A stretch of 64,000 nucleotides of DNA from Psammoneis japonica (GCA_008632985.1 QPGO01000019.1:62001-126000); one strand, 5' to 3'; counted from the first letter of the stretch, positions 12,386-26,199 are shown. Notes: generated by a model from the letters alone, not told the origin. Program-made: numbers and translations.

Positions 12386-14124
12386 CACAAGAAAAAAGCT
12401 GTGTCAGCTTCACTCTTCATGCCAAACAAGATCCCAGCTTGGTGCAGCAGCCAAGGCAACCCCACCAAGCACAAGTCAGTGAACAAGGTGACAAAGGATG
12501 CAAAGAAAGCAGAGGTTCAGGGACTTCTTGGGTTTCTGTCAAAAGCAAAAAGGGCTTTCTTGAGGATCACAGAGTTTCTCAAGATGCTGGAGCTGCTCCA
12601 AAATGTTGACAACTGGAGCTGCCACAATGCAAGTGTCCTGCCACATGCTTGTGGCAACTTCGCCTCAATGGACGAATTGATGACACAGTCAACTTTGAGG
12701 TGAGTGACGATGTGTTTTCATCCCAGGTGAGAAATGCGCGTGCGGAGGTGAGACGTTTCGTCTGTCCCTTTTCCATCGCCGTGCTTTTTGTGAGAGCAAA
12801 TCTGACTGGACTTTCCCCCGATTTTTTGTTTCTTCTTTCCACAGACATGTTTATTTTGAAAAGCCAGCCGTTGTTCTCATTGGTTGAAGGGTGCGCACAA
12901 GAAAAGCGCTGTCTCGAAAGCGGCATTTTTTGGAGTGAAACTGACAGCCATCTGCTCGTTGTTGTCACTCTGGTGCATTTGAGAGACTGTTCTGCTGTTT
13001 CTTTCACCGAATCTGACTGCTTTGAAAGAATGCACGCATTGTTCATTGTGTGAAGAGCTCATGCCAAAAAGAACGGCGTTCTAACTCTGTCATTTGCATG
13101 AGAAAAATCGGGGGAACTGACTTCGCACGTGATTTTTTTGCGCGATCGGCCATTTCAAAGATCGACTGATTTGTCAACCTGTGTGGGATGCTTGAGTGAA
13201 TGAAACAATGGGATTGAAATGGCAGCATCAAAGTTCAATGTGTGTCCAGTCATTGTGTGATTTGACATGCCCAAGTGGAGTTAAAGATGAAACATTGACA
13301 AAATTTCACCGCTCAAAATGACCAGTTCTGTCTTAGAATAAAACAAAATGGCTGCAACACTGAGATGTCGCTGATGGTGTTGTTCTGCTTTACAACAATG
13401 AAACCATCACACTTGCATCTGAGATTCTTTGTCCTCACACACCCTCAAAACCAAACACATGACAATTCTCTTGTCGGTGGCGAAATCTGATGTTGTCGCG
13501 CGACCCAAAAGCGTTGTCCATGACGACTCAAAGTGCGGACGACACATCACAAGAATCACAGCAACGTGTCATAGAAACATTCTTCATTGTCAGCATCCGG
13601 TGTCAAGCAGATGGAGCAGCGCGTTGATGAGAATCCCACTTCGCAAGCTGAGGAAGAGAGAAAGAGGCATCAAAAATGTCATGAGTCAAAAGGCCATCCA
13701 CAAGGCACAACAAAAAACAAAGATCAAATTTTCAACCACATCATCGCATTGAGCGTTGTCTCATTGACCTGTCTCGGCATTCTTGCTTCTCAGTCACAAC
13801 ATCCATTGGTGCAAGAATGGACGAGTTCATGGCGACGGCATGGTGCCATTTTCGGTTTGCGCGAATTGTGGTTTGTGGTTCGAGACATGGAAAAATGTGT
13901 TTTCACTGTCATGGAGCTCGTTTTTTACTAAGATTTTTGGCACTGAATGTACGTCTCATGTAGAAACACGTAGAAAACCTCGTGATGTGTCCAAAAGTTT
14001 CTCACCTGGGATGAAAACACATCTGACACCCAAAAGGTCACAAAGAAGTGCTTGATTTTGCTTTGCAAACAAAAGCAAGGTGATCAAAAAAATGTGTTAG
14101 AAAAAGTGAGATCGTGTCCAGACC

Positions 14125-14735
14125 AGCAGCTTCAGGGTTTGGTGTTGAGTTTTTAGATGCTGCACTTGGCATTCTGTTGAACTGTGCCACCTTGTGACAT
14201 GGTTGTAAAAGGTGGAGAAACACGGTGTCTGCACCTCTCCCGCCACAAAGTCATGGTGGCAAAAAATGAGGAGCAGAGGCCAAGCTTTTTTGCACTTTTG
14301 TGGCCATGCAGCAGCTTCAGGGTGCAGTGTTGAGTTTTCAGATGTTGCACTCAGCATTCCATTGAACTGTGCCACCTTGTGATGTGATTGAAAAAAGTGG
14401 AGAAATGTGGTGTTTCGGCACCTCTCCCGCCACAAAGTCATGGCGGCAAAAAATGAGAAGCCAAGCTTTTTTGCACTTTTTTGTGGTGGCCATGATGCAG
14501 CAGCTTCAGGGTGCAGTGTTGAGTTTTTAGATGCTGCACTCAGAGCCTCAGCATTCCATTGAACTGTGCCACCTTGTGACATGACTGTAAAATGCAGGGA
14601 AACACTGTGTTGGCACCTCTCTCGACAAAGTCACGGCGGCAAAAAACAAGGAGGAATGGAGGTCAAGCCACCCCACATTTACACTGCTCTGCAGTGGCTT
14701 CAGGGTGCAGCACTGGGTTTTAAAAAGCTGCATCT
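14125..14735. repeat. ~185-bp tandem repeat, about 3.3 units
   Basis: Repeated gcagcttcagggtgcagtgttgagtttt...gaactgtgccaccttgtga...gcacctctcccgccacaaagtca. Confidence 0.85.
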
Positions 14736-15020
14736 GGCTTTCTGTTCAAGGTCAAAATCTCACTGGCTTCGAAAAGTGAGCTTTGGAACGAATCTGATCA
14801 CTGCAAACGCAACATGAGATTAGAAACAAGAATCGAACCCCAGGCCTCTGCAGTTTTCTCATTTTCTGCGAAGCGCGCTGCCGGCACCACTGAGCTTCCT
14901 CTTCACACCAAGAAATTGCGCAGCCAAGACGCAAGCAGGTCAAGCACCAGGTCCACAGAGCAACACACCCAGTCATCATAAATGTCCGGTGTTGTCACAG
15001 TGCTGTACATCCCTGCTCAC

Positions 15021-15331
15021 GCACACGAACCACCTGGTGGTCCGTGTGCATTTTTGGGTGCACACGAACCACCTGGTGGTTCGTGTGCACCCTGCGCGAA
15101 ATGCTGCGTAGATTTGCACCGAACAAATCTGAGTGCTGCAAATCCGACATGGGATCTGCGTGTTTGTGCCACTCAACACTGGCCACCGAGCCGGCAGTCT
15201 GTGCCGGCCGTCGTGAAAAATATTTTGTGTCAAAGAAAGAGTTCGTCAGGGCCGGTGAAGAACACCCCACTGCGATGCGACCGGCACAAAATGTGCGTAA
15301 ATGCACAGGAACCATCATGTGGTTCGTGTGC
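15021..15331. repeat. Three copies of a ~29-bp hairpin-forming motif
   Basis: GCACACGAACC-N7-GGTTCGTGTGC-like sequences at 15021, 15060 and 15303. Confidence 0.7.
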
Positions 15332-16278
15332 AAATTAGAGCTCGTGAAAAATGAGCAGGGACATCAAAAAATAAGACCGGAAACGTTGGGGATCGGCGAG
15401 TGAAAAACGGCTCAGCAACGTCTTTCAGGGCAAAAATTTCAAAGACACTGCATTGTGTCAGCTCTCACTGAGATTCTAAATGTTTTTTCTCAATGAACCA
15501 ATGCATGTTAATGCTCATAAAAATGACACTACACGCGAAAATCGCACGAAATGTACCAGATCACGTAGAATCGTACGGAGAAAATCCAAAAGATGCTTGC
15601 GGAAAGCAGCGACTTGTGTTGAAAACATCTCGCAAAAAAATTTCTCACGGAAAGGCACACTGGGTGAACCACAAATACAGTAGAGTATGTGTAATCAAAA
15701 CTCCGCTTTCACGCAACTTGTCACAGTACTCCAGGTGTTTGCCACATGCAGAGCAATGACACAGATCAACAGCGGCCATGGTGTTTGCTTTGATGGCACC
15801 TGCTTCGATTGATGAGGAGCACACTGCACTGCGCGATCGTGTTTTGAACGGACACAACATCATGAAAATGCAGCCAAACAAACATTCAGACAAAGTGCCC
15901 CTGCACTGAACAAACGGGACACGACACACGCAAAATTCTGGCGCGTTGCCAAACGAACACAACAGATTAGGTTCAATTGGCTGCGCGGGAAAATATTTTT
16001 GCGGGAAACTTGGTACGTTCTGTAGAAATCAACGTAAATAAAACATTCTAATGACGGAAGTTTGAAGATTAAAATGTTCTGGTAGAATCCGATCGTGGAT
16101 TCTACGTGCATGAACTTTTGGCGCCAAACTGTAGATCTCCCTGGTATTGCTCTACGCATAGCCTACAGACACGGCTTTCACCACCGAGGTGCATCGCACT
16201 CAGCACAACCAAAAAGACACAACACAACACAACTCATAACAAAGACGCTACTCATCAAGAACAACCACTGCATTAACC

Positions 16279-17987
16279 ATGGCTCCTGCTACCGGAAAGC
16301 GTCAAGGCTCCCTCGGGTGCCCTTGTAAAGGATGCATGTATTACTTTGGTAAATCGTTAGACAAGGCAGAGCGCACAAAGGGCGCAAAGATTCTTTGCAA
16401 GTTCTGCAAGCCCTTCATGGAGAAATCGTTGGCTGACGGTGTCTTTGAAGACGACACGACGGAGGCACTCTTTCGAGTTCTCAAGCACTATGAGCAAAAG
16501 AAGCACATGTCGAAGCTCCCATGGGTATTGAAGAATCAAAAGACTCTGAAAGAAAACAAGGTGTAAGTAATCAAGTTGTTTGCAGTTGTCGTATCATTTC
16601 ATTCGTCATCTCAACGAGTGCCTTCTGTTCGTTCATCAGCGAGTATCGAGCAAACTCGAGTCTCAAAAAGAAACAAGATCGCGATGAAGTCAGGGAACTG
16701 AAACTTGCCGGAGACCTCAAGGGTGTGGTCGAGAAGGCAAAAACGAGCGCACCGGCAAGACGTGCACAACAGCTTCGCGAGACGCTCGAGCGGGCAGGGC
16801 AATCCACGGACAACCTTGACGGTATGAAACTCCTTGCGACCAAATACACCAAGTTAGCTGCATGCGCTGCTACTGACGCAAGCTTGAACGTGTGCGAAGG
16901 CCAATTCATCATCGTCATGAAGGGTGCGTCCGCCGACAGTGCTAGGGCAGCAGCACTAGACGCTCACGAACTACGAAACGTCGTTTACTTGCACTCCCAC
17001 AAGCACGGATTTGATCCACACAAGCTTCCTACCTTTTCCCATTCCATTCGTTTTGGTATATGCAAGTGCGCTGCTGACTTGTACGAAGACCGGTATGATG
17101 ACGAAGACGAAGAGAATCCACTCCGAAACTCCAAGCTCCTCAGGAAGTGCTTCAGTGCTGACGATACTGATGCTTTCAACCAGGTCATTGATGAATCGAT
17201 CGAGATTGACAACCTCCGCGAGGCGATTCGCAATGAGTATCCTGGTACTCTCAAGGAGCGCCATGAACAGGGACTCCGACCTGACCTTTCTACCGAAATT
17301 GTCCTTCGTCTTATTGATGAGAACATTACGAAACCAACCATCAAGGCGTTCATTGTTGATATAATGACGGATCCCCAGCCGGACGCCCAGACTGACGTGT
17401 GGCGCGAGTGCATTCGGGGCGGCTTTCTATACACCAGTGTTCGCTCGTCCATTGCGGCTTGGTGGTTGCCCGAGTATCTTGAGCTTGGGCTTAGCGGTAG
17501 CCATTATTGGTTGCCCTTTAACGAGCGCGCATGGAATCGGTTCGTTGGGCTATCGGAGGATCCTCGTCGCTTTTATTATGACTTTACGTTGGGTTGGGCC
17601 GCCTACGATGGATCCATCAAGCCTTGGGGGTTTCAAATCATTGTTCCCTACGACGAGCGTCGGGTATCCGTCAAGAATATGTTCATCCAGGCCTACGGGG
17701 ACTACTTTGGGATCAAGCCGTATGAGAGTTCCAAAATGACTAGGGTCGAAGGTGGTAAGAGCGTCACGTACCTAACCGTTCAACGTAAGCAGGAAAAGCG
17801 AGTCATTGCACAAGCGCTTCTTCCTACGGTTGGTGAACCAATGTTGCTTTCGGCCGACGGAGCCTACCCCGAGCGCAAGCGCTACGTGAGCCGCCAGCGA
17901 ATGAAGGATCTCCTGTTGATGGCGGCGATCGAAGACGATGGGTCTTTCGTTTCGTCCGCCGACAAGGAGAACGTTGCGCCCTACTAG
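16279..17987 (+). CDS. Unknown protein; N-terminal CxxC...CxxC, C-terminal possible LAGLIDADG-like domain; 2 exons
   Basis: Exon 16279-16562, GTAAGT...CAG intron 16563-16639, and exon 16640-17987 join in frame. Normal Tyr and TpA content. Confidence 0.8.
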
Positions 17988-19378
17988 TGAGATGCTCGTG
18001 TCGGGGCTTGGGAAACGTCTTTGAGATTGTCTATAGGACACGACTGGATTTGTGAGAAACAAGAATACAACAGAGAATGGTACAAGTGCGTATTGGGCAT
18101 GGGACTTACGCATTGTTGGTTGTACCAATGCATGTGATGCCAAGAGTCTATTCGGTCTACTCTTGGCGATGATTGTTTACTGTAGCTTGTGTAAACTAAT
18201 CATTTAGGAATGGTCGAGAAGATGCTTTATTCGTATTGTATCTCCACAGAGTAATGATGTAGTTTTGTAAAGTTGTAAAGCACAACAGATGCAATGCCGA
18301 GCCAACCGTAGCACAGCCGTTTCGTTGTTAACAAGCACTTGGTCTCTACTCGACAAGTGAGGCACCGAATACACGCACAAGCTTGTTCCGCACCCTCCCT
18401 CTGGTAGTGAAGCTGAGTCTTGTAAAATTGAATGGAACTGTTCATTAGCAAGCAATTTGAATTATGATAGCTCTGTAGCAACATTCCGTCTCAAAATGGT
18501 TGGTTCATGCAGTAAAAAGTCGTAGTATATGACCAAGCGCATGTACGTACCTAGCACGTTTCGTTGACTCTTTCTCTACACTGACGAGAAAGCACAACAA
18601 ACTGTGAGGATATATATCGAAGAGACAAGGCAGGCAACAAATTCTAACATTGCTTAACACTACCATTCGACTGCAAAACAATATGCATGCTGGTAGTGAC
18701 ATAAACATCGCGCCGTATGCAGAGCAATAAAACAACATCAACAGTAGCCACAGTGACAGTGAAATGAGAAAGATACGGATACAGTAATTGACGACTTTAT
18801 CTGCACGAGGCACAAGGACTCATTAGATTACGCTGATATCGAACGAATAAGATGACATGACACGGACGAATCGGTGTAAGACCTGTCACATTTCTTACAT
18901 GACTTGAATGATCGAGATAAGTAGTTAGACTTACGCATTCCGCACTGTATTGTTACAGAAGGTGTCAATGCCTTGCCTTTTTTACGATAGAGTACCTGAG
19001 GGCCTCTCATGCACGATTGAAGTGGACTGATAAAGTACATAATGAAAAATGACAAGAGGTTCGAAGGTGGTGTGCCGCAGATGCAAGATAGATCTGTATC
19101 GATCGTAGAAGATAGTGCGGAGTCGCCACGCACGCACCGCCGGAACTAGTATATTGGAAATATTGTGTAAGCACATACTGAGATTCTACGAAAAATAAAG
19201 AACCTATGTTCATTTAAATAAGATTGAAATTAAAAAGTGATACTCCGTGCGTTAGACGCGCAAAATATACTGGAACACGTAGAATTCTACGAGGAATTTC
19301 TCAAAAACCATTGAAAAGCTGGCATCGTACGGTACCCAGGTTTTTAAAAGCCAAAATTTCAATGAGAAAGAGTTGTTG

Positions 19379-19450
19379 TCACCTCTGGCGCAATGGCAGC
19401 GCGTGTCACTCCTAATGATGAGGTTCCGGGTTCAAATCCCGGGTGGTGTT
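19379..19450 (+). tRNA. Degenerate tRNA-like sequence (anticodon CCT); pseudo-tRNA or SINE head
   Basis: D arm GCGC-AATGGCA-GCGC, anticodon arm TGTCA-CTCCTAA-TGATG, T arm CCGGG-TTCAAAT-CCCGG. The acceptor stem has two mismatches. Confidence 0.65.
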
Positions 19451-19599
19451 TAACTTCCTGTTTTGCAACCATGGGAAATCACACACCGCACTTTTTTACA
19501 CGAAAGCAGTGCGCTGCACACATCGAGCTTTTGCTCCCAACGACAGCTGCATCTGCTCAAGGCAGTGACTGCTGATGCACAAAAAGCAGATGCCAGCAC

Positions 19600-20900
19600 A
19601 AGTGCAAGCACCTGCCACCTCAGCAGGCTGACAAAACCAAATTCGAAAACCACCAGTGTGTGTCCTTTGAGTCTGTGCCAGACCCTTGTGCAGGTTGTGT
19701 CTTCTGAGTGCCATCTAAAGAGCACATCTTGTGCTGTTGTCCATTCTTTGGCCACTCGTCCTCTTCCAGGAGTTGACCCCAGCCTGTGGTGAGCTGCACT
19801 TGGGGGCGGCTTTCCCAAAGCATCGGACTGGCAAAGTTGTCATTGACAACTGACCAAAAGGTTGCAACGAGCTGGCTGTGCTTTTGGATGGTTCCCAAAT
19901 TGCACTCACCAGCCCTGCTGCTGGACTGTTCTCTTTGACCTGCTTTGCATGCTCCCTGATCAACTTGCTCTGCTTCGTCAAAGCCTCTGGGCACACTGGA
20001 GTGTGGAGCGCATCTTTGTCTTTCTTGTCACAGGAGTCAGGACATCAAGAGTGATCTTGGACTTTCCACCTTTCTTCAACCATTTTCCCATTTTGCGCAT
20101 GCCTGTGGAGTGCTTGGCAAGCCACCAGCAGTGCCCTGTTGCCAGCTGGTTCACAACTCTGTCGATGGCCCCGGGGCTCCCAGATGACACTCTCTGGAAA
20201 CCATCTCTCACCAACCTTCATTTTTGTTGGACCCAGCGTTGACAGAGTTTCGCGCCACACAAGTGATTGAAAATTTGTGCCAGAAGCTTTGTCAAGATCT
20301 TGCATGCACTGGCAAATGCTGGCAATGTTTTGTCTTGCACCAAACATTGTTTCTGTGTTGGCCAGTTGCAAGTGGCATGTTGCCATCCTTGCTTTTGCAA
20401 GATCATCCATTTCTGTGTTGAGACGTGCCCAGCACCTGTCTGACTTGCATCTTGGCCTTGAACCTTGAGGATCTTTGACCCATTGGCTCCAGTGGGGTGT
20501 TCTCTTGGCCAGTTTGTTCTTGGCAGTGCTGGGCAAATCAAAAAAGTGATTGGAGCATGGCATGACTGGCTTGCATGGATCCAACATTCTGGTGAGCACC
20601 TGGGGTCAGTGCTGGGGTTCTTTGGGGGTTCTTGCTCTCTGTCGCATGCCACCTCAACTGCTCTGCGGCAGCTTGGAGATCAGCACATCTCACACTCCCA
20701 ACACTGCACACTCCAGCTTCAAAATCACCCAAGCATCATCAAGAAAAAGCTTGCCAAAGGTTCATTCCCAGCACAATGTGGTGAAAAAAGAGTTGACAAG
20801 CAGATCTCAAATTCTCCCTGGCACTCCTGAAGCCCAGGTGATGCCAATTTTTTCTGCTCAGCATGGCAGCTCCTCCACTTGTTTGCAGCGTCTTGTGTGC
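19600..20900 (-). mobile_element. Heavily degenerate non-LTR retrotransposon 3' region (RNase H-like / Cys-rich tail)
   Basis: Residual peptides WVKDPQ...DRCWARLNTEMDDLAK and WWLAKHSTGM..GKWL resemble LINE RNase H and C-terminal motifs. The tract is almost TpA-free. Confidence 0.5.
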
Positions 20901-21049
20901 CACATCGTCAAAGCTGGGTTTTTTTGTTGAGGACTCTGCAGCTTCCAAATGGTGCTGGGGCACACAGGCATTTGTGCAGCGCAAATTTGTGCTGAACTTT
21001 GCCTCTGTCAAAAATTGGCACCTCTCCTGGCACTCCAGCTGATGTGACT

Positions 21050-22154
21050 GATGCACTCCAGCCCTGAGCGCAACTCATCCATTTGGTGTTGGGCACCTGC
21101 GGAATTCCACATGTTGCAATCTCCATGCCAAAAGCATTTGGGCAATGAACTTGTTGACAATTGCCAACAGAAAAAGAGGCAATTTTGTGAAAGCACAGAC
21201 TTGCTCATGCTTGAAGTGCATTGTCTCCAGCTTCACATCAAAGAATGCCCCCAGCCAATTTCTGTTCTTGCAAATGGTCATAACATGAAGCCTTTGGCTT
21301 TGCAAAAACAGGGAGCATGGGACAATTTTGTAGAATGGTGCAAACAGAAATGTGTGTGAGTGACATGTGGCACATTGTCAAAAAAAAACTCTCTTGTCAC
21401 AGCCCAGCAACACCAGGCCCCACTTGAGCTGGAGTGCATCAGTCCTGGGCAGGACTCCATGTGACACTTGGCTTGCAAGACTCTGCTGCATGTGAAGAGC
21501 TCTGCAGCAAAACTGTTGGGTGATGAGTGCCGATGTGTCAAACATTGCCAACAGAAAAATGTCCATTTTGCAAATGCTTGAACACACACTCGTGCTTGTG
21601 GCACATCATCTCCAGTTTGCCTGGGTGTTTTCTTTGGACATTTTGGAAAATGCTCGCAGCCAGCTGTGTTGTTCTCACAAGTGCATCATAAAAAAACTCT
21701 CATGTCACACAGCCCAGCAGTGCAAGGTTCTCTTGCCCAGAGCTGGAGTGCATCAGCCCCGCCCTGGGCGGGACTCCATGCGATGCAGGCCAACAGAATT
21801 CTGCGTGCAAAGCTTCGTGGTGGTTTGTGTGCTGGGTGACAAACAAATTTGTCTTGGGCATCTGAACAAACAACCAAGTTTGCAGCACAGCTGCACCTCT
21901 TCACACTTGCAAGTTTTGAAAATCTGCCTGCACCGCAGTGCCACTCCACAAAAACATTTGAGGTTGGCTTCTTCATGCAAAACACAATGTTGTTGCTTTG
22001 AGCAGATTGCCAAATGGCTGAGCTGCAAGCAAAACACCACTGAGTTTGTGCAAAAATGCACGTGCATGACATGTGGCACACACAACAACAAAAACACCAG
22101 CACCGCGGTCCGGCAGCATGACATCCCACACCTGCTGCGAGACTGGAGCGCATC
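21050..22154 (-). mobile_element. Tandem array of about 3 decayed copies of the 390-bp MITE family
   Basis: Units end in ctggagtgcatc / ctggagcgcatc (about 21440, 21754, 22154) and share ttgccaacagaaaaa and gaattctgcgtg with the copy at 43943-44331. Confidence 0.65.
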
Positions 22155-23128
22155 GCACGCAGAGCCGCTCTCCCATTCTTGGTGCCCCACCCATGAAAGA
22201 GCAAGGTGGCTGGGTGTCATTGAACCCATCTGTTTTGTTGCAGTGGCACTGCAGCTCATGTTTTGTCACTTGTTTTTGTGGCGCAAAAGAAAAATTTCAA
22301 CGTGGCTCAAACAAAGCCGTGCCGTGAGCTCAGCCAAAAGAGAGACACTTTTTGGCAGCAAATGATGCACAACAATGCCAAGACCTTGCAGGCACCCCTC
22401 CCTCCTCTGTTGCTTTGTGTTGTGTTTCATGGCACTGGCATGTGCTGCAAAGCTCACTTTGGATTTTGAGCGCGGGTGTGAAAACTTGTGTGTGTGCGCG
22501 AGACAAGCAAAAACGCAGGGTGACTTTGGTGTTTGGTGAGAGAGCAGATGCTGCAGCACTGTGTGGTGGAAAAGAGAGTTGGTGGGGGAGAGCTCCCCCT
22601 GCTTTCTGATGAGGATGCTGTGTCCGTGTGTGCCACCCAGCAGTTTTGGGCACATCGCCGGCCCACAACCAAGGCCCAAAAAAAGCAACTTGAGACGAGG
22701 GCCAGTGCTGCTGTCAGCACACCACCAACAAAAAATGGTTGGGGTTGGTTGCACACTTCTCTGTTCCACCTTCATGTAAAAAAGGCGACATCTCTGTCAA
22801 GGATGCCTTTTTTGCCTTTGCCAAATGCTTCTGTCTCTTTTTTCGACGTCACATGTCAATCTGTCGACAGTGAAGACGGTCATCTGCTCTCATGCTTTTT
22901 TTCGTTGCCCCAAAATGTCCATCGATCTGTCATCAGTGACTTCGGACAAATCTTACGGATCATCTCGTTAAATGTTTCAGGTTTCAGAACTGCACCATGA
23001 AATCAAGAATGGATCAAAAGAATGCGAACGATGCGAGATGCAAAAAGCCGATTGTTTGATGCCTTATCGTCGCTCACACAATGTAACATACGTGAAAACA
23101 CACAAACGAAACATACTCTTTCCTGAAT

Positions 23129-26100
23129 ATGAAAAGCAAACGAACGATTGGCGCATTGTTGTGCCTATTTACACCACCCGCATCACCACTGTTTGTTCCA
23201 CGATGTGGTAAATCGGAAAGCAATCCCTGTGAAATCTACACCTACCAAGATTTGAGAAGCATAAATGACAATGGACTCGACCTTTATTACACATTGATGA
23301 ATGATATTACCGCTGATCCAACTGTCAGCTTTGAGCCAATCGCGGCTCGGGCTTTTGGTTCTTTTCGGAGATTTTCTGGAGTTTTCAATGGGAATGGACA
23401 CACCATTCGAAATCTGTACATTAATGGCAGTGCATATGCTGGAATGTTTTCGATACTTGAAGGGCAGGTTCACAATCTTATTTTAACCAATATCACCGTC
23501 ATTGGCAAAGACCAAGTGGGTGCTCTTGCTGGACGAGTGTCGGGACGCTCAAGTACGTCGGTAAGCGGCATTACGATTGTGAATCCCACCATAAGAGGGA
23601 GTTCAAATGTCGGTGGAATTGCCGGAGATGATGGCAGTGCAACTGCAGCTGCATGCTGTCATGTGATTGGCGGAAGTATTCATGCGGAAGAAGACTATGT
23701 CGGGGGGTTGTTTGGATTCAAGCTCGACGGCTCCATTCAGAACTGCACCTCGACCAAGGTCAACGTCAGGGCAAGCGAATCTCATAGTGGTGGTCTGGTT
23801 GGACAGCTCGAAGACGAGGCAAAGATCTACAACAGCTATGCAACCGGCGTCGTCGTTGAGGGTAGTGCACTTGTAGGCGGTCTTGTAGGTTTTGCTGGAT
23901 ACGGGACGAAAATCCTCAACAGCTATGCAATAGGAGACGTCAATGTGACTGAGACGCAGGGAAATTCATACGGGGGAGGTCTATTGGGCCAGCAAGACAG
24001 CGAATGCTCAATCACCAACAGCTTCGCCATTGGTGTGTTTTATGGCGGCGGAACGATTGGTGGCCTGGTTGGAATTCACCCGAGGGATCGCTTCTGCAGA
24101 ACAATTATGCTGCTTTAGGTCCTGCGTTTGGAAATCGGCAGGCGAAAGACAACGAAGCAAAAGTCGTCAGTGATTTGAGTCGCTTCCAAATTCAGCAGAG
24201 CGAACCACTGTCCAGCTGGGATGCCAACACGTGGATATTTGAAAGAGAGCGGTATCCAACTCTTCAATGTGTGCCGGGCGTCGGTAACGGCATTTTTGTG
24301 GGAGGACCGTACCGCGGGAAGAGCGGTGAGCCTATTCACCTCAACGGAACAACCTCTGATTTTCAAGGTGCCTCCTACACTTGGACTGTCGATAATAACA
24401 AATGTGCCTTTACGGACAACAAGGTCATTGGACCCGTTGTCTCTTGTAGCAGCTTCACCGAGCTTTCAACCTTGGTAAGAGCATGTCTAACTATTTCCTT
24501 CGATCAACGGAGTGTCGAAAAATGCACCTCTCTTTTCATCACCGCGAAACCGTCTGGGCCGAGTACGGGTTTTGCACCAGGTTGTGGAACGAAGAAGAGC
24601 GATCCGTGCGAGGTTTCTACATACCAAGATCTCAAGAATATCGAGTTACATGGCATAGACTTGCACTATGTCTTGGCGTACGACGTTAACGGTAAAAAGG
24701 GCGAAAGATTTGCTCCAATTGGATCTATCAAGTCCAAGCCATTCACAGGGACGTTTGATGGAAGGGGGCATACGATCCGAAAATTACACATTGGCCGCAG
24801 AGACGACTCAGACGTTGGCCTGTTCTGGAAAGTTGTTGCGAATCCTCCGTCGACCTCCATAGTTTCTAATCTCGTTTTGGAAGACTCAGTATTGGTTGGT
24901 AGGGCCTACGTCGGAGCGCTTGCTGGAAGTACTTATGGTGGAGGGGTCTCCATCGCGAACGTCACTGTCACAAATGTCAAAGCAAAGGGCCTTTTTGACG
25001 TTGGTGGGCTTGTTGGACACACTCGTGAGGGAAACAATATTTCATGCTGCCATGTCATTGACGGAACGGTCACCGGAGAATCAACGACATGGGCGGGTGG
25101 ACTTGTTGGTAGTTCTAATGGCGCTTTTTTTGAACAGTGCAGTGCCCAGCGGGTCAAAGTAACGTCATCTCGTCGTGGTGCTGGTGGTCTGTTGGGTGTA
25201 GCATCAAGCGCTGGCGGAACAACGATTAGTAACTGCTTTGCGCGAGATGGAATCGTGACTGGTTTATCGTTTGTTGGCGGCCTTGTTGGATACTTGAGCA
25301 GATCGAATTCTATTCAAGACAGCTATGCATCGAGTGACGTTCAAGTGACTGGGGACCCACGTAACTTGGATAGTCGCGGCGGTGGCCTTGTTGGCAGTAC
25401 GTTCGAGGGAGCATCTATTTGTAACAGCTACGCCTCTGGCTCTGTATCAGGTGGAAACATCAAAAGGGTCGGCGGCCTAGTTGGCCTCTTGGAACGCAAA
25501 GTGAAACTCGAGAATAACCATTGTGCTCATGATCCGGCTATTGGAAACACCCAAGTGAAAGAAACTCAGGCAGCTGTAGTGAAAGGCGGCGCAAGCTACT
25601 TTCAGAACAAAAGCAACGAACCGATGGGAAGCTGGAACAGAAACAGTTGGATCTTCCAAAACGGAAAGGACCCTACCCTTCAATGTTTGTCGAACGCAGA
25701 TACTTCTGATCCATTCAAAGACTTTCACGAGATTGCGTGCACTCTCAATTTCTGTCTGAACCGATTGCGCAACCAGTTCGATTCCCAATCGGCGGATTTT
25801 GGTGAGTCCCAGATGTATTTTGATAGGGCGAGAAACGGGGTAGCTGGTGGCAAGCGACTGATAAAGAAGCTAGGAGAAGTGCTACAATCTCTCGATAAGC
25901 TCAAGGCGGCAATGGTGTCTGTAGAAAAGATGAACTCAACCTTTCCCGAGGTTGCTGGTGACCTTGGGACAAGCGGAAGCACCTGCGCCGTAAATCTGCT
26001 GGAAAAGTTCATCAACACATTTGACGGAACAGATGTCATTGACGAAAAGGCAATTAATGTCATCATGGGAATTTGGTCACGTGCAAAAGCCAAAAGAGAA

Positions 26101-26199
26101 ATAAATAAGTTCAAGGCCAGTGTCGCGACCAGTCAGCGGGGTGTTTCAAGGATGATGAAAGCTCTAGACAGAGCAGTTGTGCCATTGTGTGACAAGTAG
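23129..26199 (+). CDS. GLUG-motif repeat protein with two GLUG-rich modules, a PKD/Ig-like linker and a helical C-terminus; one frameshift near 24072
   Basis: Many VGGLVG / GGLVG repeats and F.G.FDG.GHTI motifs in both ORFs. Adding one A at GGAATTC joins 23129..24118 to 24004..26199. Confidence 0.85.

Noticed and set aside
4905..14735. CRISPR-like arrays
   Set aside because: Units are 128-185-bp tandem repeats without unique spacers, in a eukaryotic context with no cas genes.
18000..19300. Short ORFs in TpA-normal sequence
   Set aside because: No recognisable motifs or consistent exon structure.
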